A stretch of DNA of 35,192 nucleotides from sequence record DRR723986_10858. The stretch is one strand, 5' to 3'. Below are positions 9,939 to 22,100 of the stretch, piece by piece (the stretch's first letter is position 1; each line of letters begins with the position of its first letter). Under the pieces are notes generated by a model, which was not told the origin of the DNA, ran no database searches, and saw nothing but the letters and a program-made list of their open reading frames with translations. The position numbers were made by a program, and so were the translations under genes.

Positions 9939-10385
9939 TCAGGTCGGGAAGGTCGGGTCAATTAAGGATATGTCCATCGCACCCAAGGTCCATGTTGGAC
10001 GTACATCACCATCGAAATGAAGGTTTAACATATTGGCGCTACCTGCGGACTGCTGGGTGTTTTCCGTAAGTGTCAAGTGAATATCTGTTTCGGGCATTGA
10101 CACAATGTAACAGCGCTCCCCAGCGAGTTGGGCTGTTTCCGCAACAGCTTGGACGTGCACCGTCGTTTGCACACCCAGGGGCAACAGAACTGACGCCAGT
10201 AGAATCCTTTGTTCCACAGGTTTGCCGTGAACGACCAGGAACAAGTCTACTGAGTATTCATCAACGGCCGGGTCGGGTTTTGTCGCCATTCCACACAACA
10301 TTGTGGGTACGACATCATGGATGTTAAAATAATAGTGAACCGGGTTATTAGTCAGTTTGGAACTTGAATGATTGGACTGTGACAT
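9939..10385 (-). CDS. Hypothetical protein (148 aa)
   Basis: ORF with SD CAGGAG, co-oriented upstream of the paralogue trio; no recognised motif. Confidence 0.65.
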   Translation of the reverse strand: MSQSNHSSSKLTNNPVHYYFNIHDVVPTMLCGMATKPDPAVDEYSVDLFLVVHGKPVEQRILLASVLLPLGVQTTVHVQAVAETAQLAGERCYIVSMPETDIHLTLTENTQQSAGSANMLNLHFDGDVRPTWTLGAMDISLIDPTFPT

Positions 10386-10662
10386 AAAGCTCTCCTGATT
10401 GCGAAATTCGTTTCGACGTTCTCCTTAAACGCAAAGCCAATCTAAGAAAGCGGTTGAAGTACTGAAATAATAGATTTGTCAGTTTTTCGCATTTCTGATC
10501 GTGATCAACGTTGGTTGGGTGATCCATTTAGTGCGTTTTCTGCTAAATATCGGCGGTTTTGCAAAATCAGGTATCGCATCTCCGGACGGACAAAGGTTTG
10601 GCATCCTGACCATTTTTTGCCAGATTGAGGCCCCTGCTTTTACAAAATATTCGCGGAGACAC

Positions 10663-12222
10663 ATGAGTGCATCTAACGATCTCTTTGAGCTGATTAAATC
10701 AATGACCAGCCATGAGAAGCGCCACTTTAAACTTTATGCAACCGCATACATAAGCGGTAAAAGCAACAAAGCCACCCGGTTGTTTGATGTAATTGATGCC
10801 CAGACAGAATACGATGAACAGGCTCTAAAACGTGAATTGCTGGCCAAAGGCATTCAAACTAATTTACCATCAGCCAAATACAATCTCACCGGACTTATTC
10901 TAGACAGCCTTTCACTTAACACGAGCGAGGGCTCGATCATAATGGAACTGCGCACTCAAATGGCGCGGATCGAAGTCCTCTTCCGCAAAGGGCTGTTTGA
11001 GCAGTGCCGCAAACTCATTGCGCGAACGCGTAGACGCGCCCTGAAACATGAACGTTTCGAGTTTCTTTTGGAAATCCTCTACTGGGAACGTCGCTACATC
11101 ATTCGCGATATGTCTGAAACACTCGAAGACCAGTTGCAGGCGCATTACTCTAGCCTGCGCGAAACTCTCGACAAAATTAGCAGCACCAGCAATTACCTTG
11201 AATTGCTCGACAAGATCCAATCGATCTGCGCCAGATATCAGCGACTGCATCGCGATGAGGATTTAGAACAGATTCGGGCCATTGTTGATACGCCCCTCCT
11301 GCAAAATGAGAGTCTGGCTACAAGCTTTGTGGATAAAACCTCGCGCCTGGAAGCACTCGCATTTTATTCATGGATCACTGGTGACCTGGCTTCAGCTATG
11401 CGCCATTATCAACAGGCGATTCAGCTTTGGGAACAGCGGCCCGAATACATTGTTGAGAATCTGAATCGTTTCAAGGATTACATGACCAACTACCTGGTTT
11501 GCTGTGTCTCGGTCAAGCAGTTCGATGACTTTGAGGCGAGTGTTGCCAAAATCAAGGCTTTGCCGGCCGCCTCTCCAACGGCTGAAGTCCGTGTGTTTGA
11601 AAACGTGGACTACCTGGAGTTAATCTATTACCTCAACAGCGCGCGTTTACAGGAGGCTCTAAGCCGTGCCCAGGAAATTGAACGCAAAATACCGAGTTAT
11701 CAGAGCTCGCTGCGTCCCAACCGCCTGCTGGCACTTTATCACACTTGCGCAATCGTATATTTCCTGAATGAACGATTCGGCCAGGCGCTTGAAGTTCTGC
11801 ACAATATCCTAAACTTCACAGATTCTGACTCGCGGCGTGACCTACGTATATTCGCACGTATATTCCAACTGATAATTCACTACGAACTCTCGAACTTCGA
11901 AGCCCTGGAACGTATAATTGTCAATACTACGCGTTTCCTGCGCAGCCGCACGGAGCGTGAACAATACCAACAGCTGGTCATTTCAGCCATTCGTAAACTC
12001 CTCAACGCGAGTGATAAAACGGCTGCACAAGCTACTTTTCTTAGACTGCGCAGCGAACTACTCGAAGAGCTGCAGAAGGGCAGTACGGCACCGGGAATCG
12101 TTGAGATCCTTTTCTGGATTGAAAGCAAACTGAGCCCGAGTACAATGCCAGAGATTTATGCCGACAAAATGTCCGGTCCACCGCCAGAAAACCCGGCGGA
12201 CCTGTTCAAAAGTGAGCATTAA
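10663..12222 (+). CDS. Conserved hypothetical all-helical (TPR-like) protein of FCB type, possible regulator (519 aa)
   Basis: Start at ATG 10663 with GGAG SD. N-terminal DLFELIKSMTSHEKRHFK..LFD.I..Q.EYDE motif recognised from Bacteroidota hypothetical proteins; C-terminal LIIHYEL and WIESK. Confidence 0.8.
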   Translation: MSASNDLFELIKSMTSHEKRHFKLYATAYISGKSNKATRLFDVIDAQTEYDEQALKRELLAKGIQTNLPSAKYNLTGLILDSLSLNTSEGSIIMELRTQMARIEVLFRKGLFEQCRKLIARTRRRALKHERFEFLLEILYWERRYIIRDMSETLEDQLQAHYSSLRETLDKISSTSNYLELLDKIQSICARYQRLHRDEDLEQIRAIVDTPLLQNESLATSFVDKTSRLEALAFYSWITGDLASAMRHYQQAIQLWEQRPEYIVENLNRFKDYMTNYLVCCVSVKQFDDFEASVAKIKALPAASPTAEVRVFENVDYLELIYYLNSARLQEALSRAQEIERKIPSYQSSLRPNRLLALYHTCAIVYFLNERFGQALEVLHNILNFTDSDSRRDLRIFARIFQLIIHYELSNFEALERIIVNTTRFLRSRTEREQYQQLVISAIRKLLNASDKTAAQATFLRLRSELLEELQKGSTAPGIVEILFWIESKLSPSTMPEIYADKMSGPPPENPADLFKSEH

Positions 12223-12344
12223 CTCTTGACTGTTGACTGTTGGCATCTTCCTTGGCTGAGGCCTGATTTCTGCATGGCTCCTGGGCCCCCGCTTATGCAC
12301 GCCGGAGCTTTTGACTCACAATCGGTGCAACGCTACGAGTTGAT

Positions 12345-12761
12345 CTAGACTGGACTGCCCTCCAAAAGCCGTTTCAGCCGCGTTAAATACAAGGCCGCCC
12401 AGTAATAACTAACCAGGCCGAACACGCCGGTGGTATCCTGCCAATTGGAATGTCTGAAATGCAGCTCACAGGCGGCATCCCCTTGCACAATGTTAAACTC
12501 TACCGTCGTTCCAATCCAGTCACGATGCAGATGTTCGCTACATTCCCAGTAGACGCGCTTATTGGCCTGCAAATCGAGAATTTTCATCTTGATAAAACCT
12601 TGCTTGGACGAAAGCGGAAAACTTGCAGTTGTGCCTACTTCGCCACTGGTTCGCGCACCTTCAAGCCACCAGTGGTTGAGTGCGGCTTCATCTACAAGGG
12701 CACGATACAGAGCGGCCGGCGTGGATTGAATCGGGACAATATGAAATATTTCATGCATCAT
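12345..12761 (-). CDS. SRPBCC/AHSA1 (START-like) domain protein
   Basis: LYRAL....L.HWW, RVYW, WIGT.VEF.I, LHFRHSNW and W..YL..LK.LLE signature. Confidence 0.9.
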   Translation of the reverse strand: MMHEIFHIVPIQSTPAALYRALVDEAALNHWWLEGARTSGEVGTTASFPLSSKQGFIKMKILDLQANKRVYWECSEHLHRDWIGTTVEFNIVQGDAACELHFRHSNWQDTTGVFGLVSYYWAALYLTRLKRLLEGSPV

Positions 12762-12885
12762 TAAAGCCCAATGTAAGTTCTTACAGTTTTACTTATGAAA
12801 GATTTACGTAGCACATCACCGATACAACTTCTGACTATTGCTCCCTCAATTTGCCAATTTTGGCGCTGATCAACAATTCGAATCT

Positions 12886-12942
12886 CTTCACTCACTGCCA
12901 AACAAAAGAAATCAAAAAGCAAGCTGCCTGGCAGCGCTGCAA
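12886..12942 (+). repeat. Copy C (right end) of the ~305-bp element
   Basis: TTCAC.C...G.CAAACAAAA..A.TCAAAAAGCAAGCTGC...GCAGCGCTGCAA matches ~30323-30377 and ~190-242. Confidence 0.8.
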
Positions 12943-13125
12943 GGTTTGCTAATAGAGACGGAACAACTGAGATTATCCCTCTAAACACAAAAGTCAGGTT
13001 CCGCCGAAAGTACACTCACCATAGTGGCTACTGTATCTCGGCAAAACCTGACTACTGTATTGCGTGTTAACACGAACACGTCAAAGCGGGCTTAACTCGG
13101 CCTCGTGTGTTGTGTTAAGCAGCAT

Positions 13126-16100
13126 TTACCAGGGAATCACAATCTCCGCTTTTTCGGAACTCGTGTCTCCATCGCGGCTAAGCAATTCACTGTTTGGATC
13201 GTTAGCACGGTTGTCCCGGCGATACACAAATTTGAGCTTGTACGTACCCTGTGTAATCGTCGTACTCGAAGCATGTGCCGAGTCGATAAACAAGAGAAAT
13301 GCGGTTCCATCAACCTTGCGGTTAAGTTTAACATTGGCGACCGAAGCAAACAATTCCTCGTTAAGAAACTGCCTTGAATGAATCAGGTCACTTGCATTGC
13401 GCAGTCGCAGAGTCACTGATTTTCCGCCAAAACGATCAACTGGCGAATCGTCTTTTTGGGCTATAACACGCGCTTCAACACAGGCATCCGGACTTGCCGT
13501 CGGCGTTGCGCCAAACACCTGGATCACGGTGCCGGCGGGCCGGGCAACTTCACCTGTAAACGTATAGTGATTGCGCCACACCATTTCTGCAACTGACATT
13601 TCCATAAACTGCGCTCCGGTATTTTGACAACAATAGAGTGCAATTTTACCGGCGGCATGTGTTGTGTCTTTCACGGAAAACAACTCGGCACCATTTAACA
13701 TTCCTGTTAGAATATTGCCAACACAATCGATCGTTACAAAGTACTCATCCTGTGTGTTGAAGCCACTCTGTGTGTCTTCCCATAAGGTTGTAGTCTGGCC
13801 ATTCTCCTTTTTAGTCAGACGTCTGAATGTCTGCAGTTTGTTCATTGAAAAACGATAGTAATTGTCTTCGTCAATGTAGCGGAACATCACACCAATCGAA
13901 CCGTCGTCAGCAGATTTCAGTCGTGTGGTCAGCCTGTAGTCCGTCCAGGAACTTTCGCCGGCCAAAGCATAGGTGCCCAGGAAAGCATCGTTGGCAGTGT
14001 TGCCGTTTATATCACTTTGCTGACGGAGTTCGCCGGATGCCACGGACCAGTCGGACGGTGTGTTTAAGGTACCGTCGTCATAGAACTTCCAGCGATTGAC
14101 ATTTAACACATCAAACTCGTCCCTGAGGGTATACTGCTGTGTTAACATCTCTAGTGGATAAACCTGTGCACGCACAAATCTGGCCGCTGTATTACGCCAG
14201 CAGTACAAGCCGACTTTGCCCTGCGGATGTGAGCTGTCGTCAAACTCCAGGACCTGGGCTCCGTCCATGAATACACGGATCAGGCGACCTTCAAGGACAA
14301 CCGTAAACTCGTATTCACGGTGTTCGTATTCGAACTCATCGGCCCACAGCTCCGTCATTACCCCGTTGACATTCTTTATCAGTCGGCGGAATTGACGCTG
14401 TTTGTCCATTGAAAAACGATAGTAGTTTTTCGAGTCCGTATAGCGGAACATCACACCGATACTGTTAACATCATTGGACCGCAAAACAGTTTTGAAGACC
14501 AGATCATCCCAGTCTGAGCTGCCGGCAACCGCAAAGGTGCCGCGTTTGTGAATGGCCAAACCTGCGGATGGATCATCGTGAACATTGCGACTTTGTTCAT
14601 AGGCTCCATTGTTAAACGCCCAATTGGAAGGTGTTTCATAGGTTCCGTCATCTACAACTGTCCATTCACTTGCATCTTTGCTTGCAAACTTATCGGCAAA
14701 CAAAGCGTAGGTACTTAATGGCATTCTGCGCACAACAAATTCATCAAAGTAGGCTTTTGTGTTTTCAGCACAGTATAGTCCAGCCTGGCCCTGCGAATGT
14801 GTAGAGTCGTTAAGATCAAAGAGTTTGTTGTCATCCACGTAGGCGACAATTCGGTTGCCCACCAGATCAACACGCACTTTGAAGGCTGTATAGCGCACGT
14901 ATCCAGGCTGACTCGTCTGGCTCCAAATCTGCGAGTAGCTGCCATTCTGTTTTTTGAGAAGTTTGATGTATTGACCGCTTACGTTAAACGAGAGACGGTA
15001 GAAGTTATCTTCGTCCACAAAACGAAAGACCACACCTATGTCTTCAGCAGAATCTGACTGCAGCGTTGCATTAATCCGATAGTCGGACTCCGCCACACCG
15101 GTCGTGACTGCGTATGTACCCGTTTTTTCACTACCAGAGCTGCTGCCGATGGCGCTAATCTGTTTAAGTGATTTTTCGTAACAGGTCCATATTGAACGGC
15201 CGGACAAATTGCTTTCGTCATAAATTGCCATCCCCGCCCCAACTGCGCGCCTGGGATCGGTAACTATGACGTTCTCAAATTGCACAACAACTTTGCGCCA
15301 TGTATACAGCGCCACATGCCCACTATCCAGGTCTTTGTCGATGACGTCACAGAGCAAATTCCCATCCAGATGCACGGCTATCTTACTCCCTACATTGGTA
15401 ATAGTTAAATCATGCGCCTGTGAAACAGTGAAACCATTGTTTGGGTCTTTCCAGAGCAAGGTAAACACACCATTGACTTTCTTAACCAGATGGCGGTACG
15501 TGCGCGAAGGGTCGGCATCCATCGAGAAACGATAGTAATTGTCTTCATCCACGTAGCGGAACATGACTCCGAGCGCACCGACATCATCGGCTGTGAACCG
15601 CAGGCCAATTTCAGTATCCCTGAGGCTGCCGGTCTGTGCAATGGCATAGGTTCCGGGTTTGGGCAAGTCGGTTTCATTGTTAGTCCCGCCGTGAATATTG
15701 CCATCCTGTAGCAATTTGCCGCCGGATACCAACCACTCAGACGGTGCATCGATACTGCCCTCGTCGACTATCACAACATCATCAAGACTGTTAAACTCTG
15801 GGTTCCACAACAGGAGCTTGGCACGTAGTTCTTCGACCAAAAGTTCATCGAATTCAGCGCCTGTATTTTTCCAGCTGTAGAATCCAACACGTCCATTGAA
15901 GTTGCTTGAATCCTCAACAGCAAACATATATCGATTGTTAATTGAGCCGACAATGTTACTACCCTGAACCTGAATGACAAGTTCGTGACTCTGCGAGGTT
16001 GCCATGACTTGTGTATCTTCCCACAGAACACTTACCGTTCCACCGGAAACTTTAACAAGTCGTCGGTTGCCGCTTGAGCCATTTGTGTTAATTGAGAAGC

Positions 16101-19100
16101 GGTAGTAGTTTTCCTCGTCAGTGTAGCGGAAGACCAGCCCCGAAGCCCCGGAGGCGGCAACCTCAAGTCCAAGCCTAACGCGATAGTCCGTCCATTGTTC
16201 AGAGCCGATTAAAGCAATAGTCCCACGTGCGTCCGGTTCGGTTCCGGCGAAGGTGGCATTCCTTTGAATGATTGCTCCACCGGCAACCTGCCAATTGGAG
16301 CCAGGTGAGGCACCGGCCTGGTCTATGATTTCATACAGATCGAGCGCATTCGTCCCAAAGTCTTCGTGGTACAGCTGTCCGCAGCTTCCACTGCCGTGGT
16401 CTACCACAAAAACGACGGAGTCGGATTCAGGTGGTTCAAAGATGCCGCCACCTGATGGCGGATCATAGGTTTCGAGTGTGTAGCCGTTCAGATTCGTCGC
16501 GCTATTTAACACCAGTGAAACAGATTCGCTGCCCATATTGGCATTGCCAAATGAGACATCTGCAATCCGGGCGGCTCCGGCTCCCACACCGCTCTCGATC
16601 GGATTGGCAGCATATAAGACATCAAGATCCGTCCGTGCCCAGTCAATTGGCTCTGGTGACTCAAGCAGCAAGGCATAAGCATGACCTGAACGTTCGATGC
16701 GCGAGGCTTGCAGTTCAGGTGGGTTTGTTAAGGAGTCCTGGCCATTAACAATCTCTGCAAATTCAGCGTACTTACGTTGTTCCAGATCCGTTGGCGCTGT
16801 AGCCGGCGCATTAGCAGTACTTACAAAGGTGCTGATAACACCATCGTAGGGCGTTGCCGGCAGCAGCTCATTTAACCACGTACTATCTCTGTAACTGTTT
16901 ATATGCTGTATGAAGTTTGCGTAGTTAGACGTTGTGAACTGAAAACGATACACTACAGGCGCGGCTTCACGAAAGTCGTCAACCCGAATGTCTCTGAACT
17001 GTGCATCTGAGTTGCGGCTGCAATACAAGCCAATTCCGCCTTTGTCAAATGCGCTGTCCTGCACGCTGAACAGCAATGCACCATCCAGGTAAACATTTAA
17101 CAGTTCACCAATTGCTTCAACCGTGACCAGATAGTCCCGGTCACTGGTATATGCGACCCGATCCTGCGCCAGGACTGTTACAACTCCAGCTTTGTTTCTG
17201 AGCAAGCGCCTGTAGCCATTCTGCTGATCCATGTGGAACTGGTAGTAGTCGTTAACACCATTGTAGCGGAAGACGACGCCAATTGTGTCAGTATCGCTGG
17301 AGCGCAGGTAGAGACTGTATCGATAATTGTCCCAATTACTGGATGATGTATGTATTAACATTGCCCCAGGGCGATGCGCCGTACTTCCCGGCCCTGTGAA
17401 GCCCATACCCGACGTCTGACCAATGTAACGCGTGGCGTCGGCTCCGGCGCCGTCCTCGAATATCTCCCAGGTGGAATCACCGCTCGCTCCCGACTGTTGT
17501 TCCACCGACCACGGTCCGATACTCGTGCCGGAGCCAATGGCTGTCTGGCCAAGCGTATATTCCCTAAAGTCATCGTGCACCAACAAGGGTACCAGACGCG
17601 CTTCGTAAAATACATCCGACTTAAGCACCTGATCTTTATTACGCGCAGCCGCTCTGTCATCATGTGGAATGGTCGCTTCATCAATGTTTGGGGTTGCAGG
17701 ATCGCAGTTAACAATACTCAGGTCGTTAATCCAATTCTGCTCCTCGGCATCCAAGGTCAGTGACTCGGCTTGTCCCCAGGCGTTGTTTAATATTATTAAA
17801 CGGCCTTGGGCATCGCGCACGGGTTGATTGTTGTTGTCAAACAGGTACAGGTTCAGTGTGCGCCCTGCCATGCGATACATTAGCTCAACGTAGTCCTCGT
17901 TAAAGTCGGCACCAACGTCGTAGGCGCGATAAATTGGTCTTGGCAATGGAGTTTTCTTGCCTGCTGCAGGTACGGTTGCCGGTAATGTCTGGCGCACATA
18001 ACGCTGCAGGTCACTAAGTCCACTTTCAAAGTTATCGGCAACCTGGTTAACGGGTAGCGAATAATTCGCCAGTCCCGGTGGCCCTTCGGTTTTGAAGTAT
18101 GCATATTCCGTTATCGCATGGGTGTTGGGGACATCATCAACAGCCTGTTTGCCTGTTTCTTTTGTTTGTATTTCGGTCTGGAGCCGCAAGCGATATTCGG
18201 TGCTCGGTTCAAGAACGGCTCCTTTGTCGGCCCATCGGGCTGTTTCGTCCTGATTGTGCTGCTGCATCGCTTCGCGCAATGTGACTTCGGATGGATCGGG
18301 GCCCAGGTTAGCACAGACTTCAACAAAACAGGCCTGGGCTGCGCCCGGACGACCATTACTGCGCACCCAAACTTGTTCCAGATTCGGCACCGGTAACCAG
18401 ATAACACTTCCGTTTGAAACATATGGGCCTGTTTGAACTGCGTCAGAATCCGTCGCATAGGCGGCAGTTGTTCCGCTTGGTACCGCCGAATCACGGCAAA
18501 CCGTGCGCAGGTAATTTTGAGCTGTTGGCGAATTGATCGTAATCGCCTTAATATTGCGAACATCAACAAACACTGTTTGCACACTGGAGTCAGGTGCAAT
18601 GTGAAGCGTCGCAATCACTTCATCACTCTCGTTAAGGGCCTTTACGGTTCCGGCCTCGTTTAATACCAGCTCAAGTGCAACACCGTCCGTCAGTTGCGGA
18701 AACGAGATCTTGGTGTTCGTTTCCAGGTCCAACGCACGGCCGCCACTTAACTCTACAATCTGTGAACTCTCATACGGGTTGCTCTCGGCATTCATCGCCA
18801 GGAACGATACGCCGTTAACGATTCGCGGGTTTGACGCGGTATCAGGTGTAGCTGTCGAAAGATCAGAACAGATTCCATTAACACCTTCAGAATTACTGGC
18901 GCATTCAAAGCAGTTATAGCAGATTTCACGCAGGTAGTTTAATGTATAATCGTTGTCCGCAGTAATCAGGATTGATATCGTTCCGGATTTCGAGATTTCA
19001 ACCGTCTGAAAAGACGGCGAGGCGGCCACGGCGGTGGATGTCCTTTGGTAGAACGCATCAATGGTCTCGATTGTTAATGACGACTCAGTGATGAGTTTTA

Positions 19101-22100
19101 ACTCGACCCAATCAATTGGACATGGGAATGTTATTTCCAGGGTCTTGCTGATAAACAGAACTCTGGCTCCACCCTGATAGGATGTTATCTCAGTGTTCGC
19201 CTCTGCAGCGGGACCGGGCCTCCAGGCCTTAAACGTGACACCATCCACTATTCGCGGATTGGGGCCCAGGTCCGGCGTGACTGCATCGAGGTTGATACAT
19301 TCCTTACTCGACTTCTGGCCGTCGGCATGCATCAGGATGCGCGCATTGCGCACCGGAGCGCCAAAGTCGATCGTTGCACCATGAAAGCCAACAAAACAAG
19401 CGCCGCGGGTTTTGCCTTCGATCGGCGGATCAAGTTCCGCAATTGTAAACCATGGCACCTGATGTGTATCAACGGTAAACGTAATGCTGGGGTCACCCGC
19501 ACAGATGTAGGGTGAGGGTAGTCGATCGCCGACATTATAGTCTTCAAAGTCACAGCAGGTGCGACTGTCGGGAGCTACAGGAATGCAGGGATAGTCGTTA
19601 AAATAGTTGGCCCACCAATCGCGCCAGTCTGCACCGGTACGCCGCAAATAGTCATAGGGCGTTTTGGACCAGAGCCACAACTTGGTTTGGCCAACGTTAA
19701 CACCACCACCATCGGGCATTGCGGGCACGGGCGCCCAGGAGCCGAAGAGCGTGTCAACACCCGCGCCATTGGGCGTTGTAGCTTTGCGGGCAACTGTTAC
19801 CCAGCTGCCTGCCTCCTTTTTCTGCAGCGCAATTTCTTTCAGGCTGTAGCGCGTTAAGACCGGTCCTTCATTCTTGGATGGGTCACCCAGGATCTCCCAT
19901 GCCGGCGTAACCGGCTGGACGATTACACCAACTTTGGCATCATCATGCACCGGTCGGCTAAAGGTGACGTGTGGCCGTGCATCCAGCGGAATCACGGGTA
20001 TATGTGCGGGGTTTGGCTCACCACTTGCTTCCGGCGTTGCGGTGTACATACCGTCGCCATCTTCGTAGTCGGGTAACAACAGGCGCTCACCGCCGCCGCC
20101 GGGTGCCAGACGTGGCAAGGGCCAGGTAGCCGAAACCTTAAAGTGTTCAATTGCCAGTTCCTTAAGTGGAATTGGCAACTTGGGCGCATCACCTTTCGGC
20201 CCCCATTCAACTTTAATTGTTACCTTGATATCTTTGAGTGGCCATGGAAGTTTAATGCCCACGTCAAAACTTAACAGAATGTGTAGAGGATCAAAAACTC
20301 CAAGCTGAACTTTGGCATCGCGTGATAACACAACGTCAAACCCAAACACACTGAGGCCCACAAGACCATGCAGCCAGAAGTCTGCCGAGAGGTACGACGG
20401 GCTCCAGGATAGAACGGCGTTACCTTCGATCCAGGCTTCCAACATGACGGCCAATGGACCGAATTCCCAGCGTTTGTCGTAGCCCATGAATGCACCCATC
20501 GCCAGCTGCTCCGAGTCCAGCATAAAGTATGCATTGGCTTCAAAGAATCGGTATATCACTGAAGCGCGAATGCGCTGCTCAAGCGGATCACGCACGCCGA
20601 GATAGAGGTGCCAGGCCTTTGGATCGCGGAAACTATAAAACGCTTCGGCGCCGGCACGAATGTCAATAATTTGGCCGTCTTTTCCGTAGAGATATTGCGC
20701 ATCCACACCGACCAGAAAACTTTCTTCGCGATTGTCAAGCACGGCCAGGGCGCGGAAGATTGGCTCATCGTCCAAAGCCGCGCGTTTCTTGAGCATGTTG
20801 GCTTTGCCTTCCAGCATGATGATCGGTCCGGGGAAGATCAAAACCAGCATAAACCGTGCGTTAACTAAAAATCCGTTGTCGGGTGCGGTGCCAAGTGTTA
20901 CTCCGGCGCCGAAGCCCATACTCGAATCTTCGGGCCGCCACTTGTTGTTAATATCCGTCACACCAATATTTGGCCGTTTATACCAGCCATCGTTCGCGCC
21001 GATTCCATACCAGCGTTCGTCCGAGCGTTTATCCGGCTCCATGTTCATCGCGAACATACCAGACACACCGTACAATGAGAGGCCTGTAGCCCAGAGTGGA
21101 ATACCAGCGCCAAAATCAGCAGATAGATAGAGCGCAAAAAAGCTGAACTCTTTACCTGTTCCTGGATCCAGTTTACGACCGATCACGATTTTGGCGTCAA
21201 CAACAATCCCCAGGGCCATCAGGTTAACTTCAATCGAACCATCGAAACGTTTGGTGCTTCCCAGGTCTCTGTACGAAACTGCGCCCTTAAACTGCAGGAC
21301 ATCTGGAATCTCAAACTCAACTCCCACTCCGTCAAAGGTGATGCGACTTGGACGTCCGTCATCATACCAAATAACGCGCAGCCCTTCAACTGATGCACCG
21401 GCTTGCAGGTTTTTAACCAGTGTTAAACCACCGGATGCACCGATATACTTTCCGCCGTCGCTCGTCTTTCCAAACCCAATCTTGGTGATTTCGAGCATAA
21501 AACCGTTAAAGTCAAGCGCGTATTGTTTCGGCAGGTTGAGCCATCCGCCTTCCAGACTGACGTTGCCGTCGGAGTCAATCGCCAGGTCATCAACGCGAAA
21601 TGCCGGCCAGTTAAAGCCACCAATATCTGGTGTCAACTCACCACTGACAATTACTTTAAAGTCACCGTCTTCGATTTCGAATGCAAGACTTTCGAGTTGA
21701 GCGGTTAAGACGCCGGGTTTGCTGAGGGTGTAGATGCCATTGGGTGAGGTGGCGGCTAGTTTGATGGAGATATTGCCGCCCATATCGAGACCAAGTTCGA
21801 CGTTAACGGGTTCGTCGAAGAATGGGAGTGTTAATTTCCCTTTAATTGAAAATTCAGAGATCGAGTTTTGATTCAACTCAATTTCAAAGAATTCTAACTC
21901 AAAATCCAGACCAAGAATCGTGCCCTGATAAGGATTAGTCCATGAGGCGGATACGGCTCCTGTGAAGCCGCCTTTTCCGATATAGCAGTCTTCTATTGTT
22001 ACTCTGCTAGGTACGGCCGATCGTAAGGATTCAGGCAAGATAATTCTTGCCTCCTCTATAAATACTCCGGTAAACCCCGTTGCTTGCCCTTGGGGAGGTG

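Noticed and set aside
10501-10662. 54-aa N-terminal extension of the 573-aa ORF
   Set aside because: ATG 10663 has a GGAG SD and begins at the family-like motif
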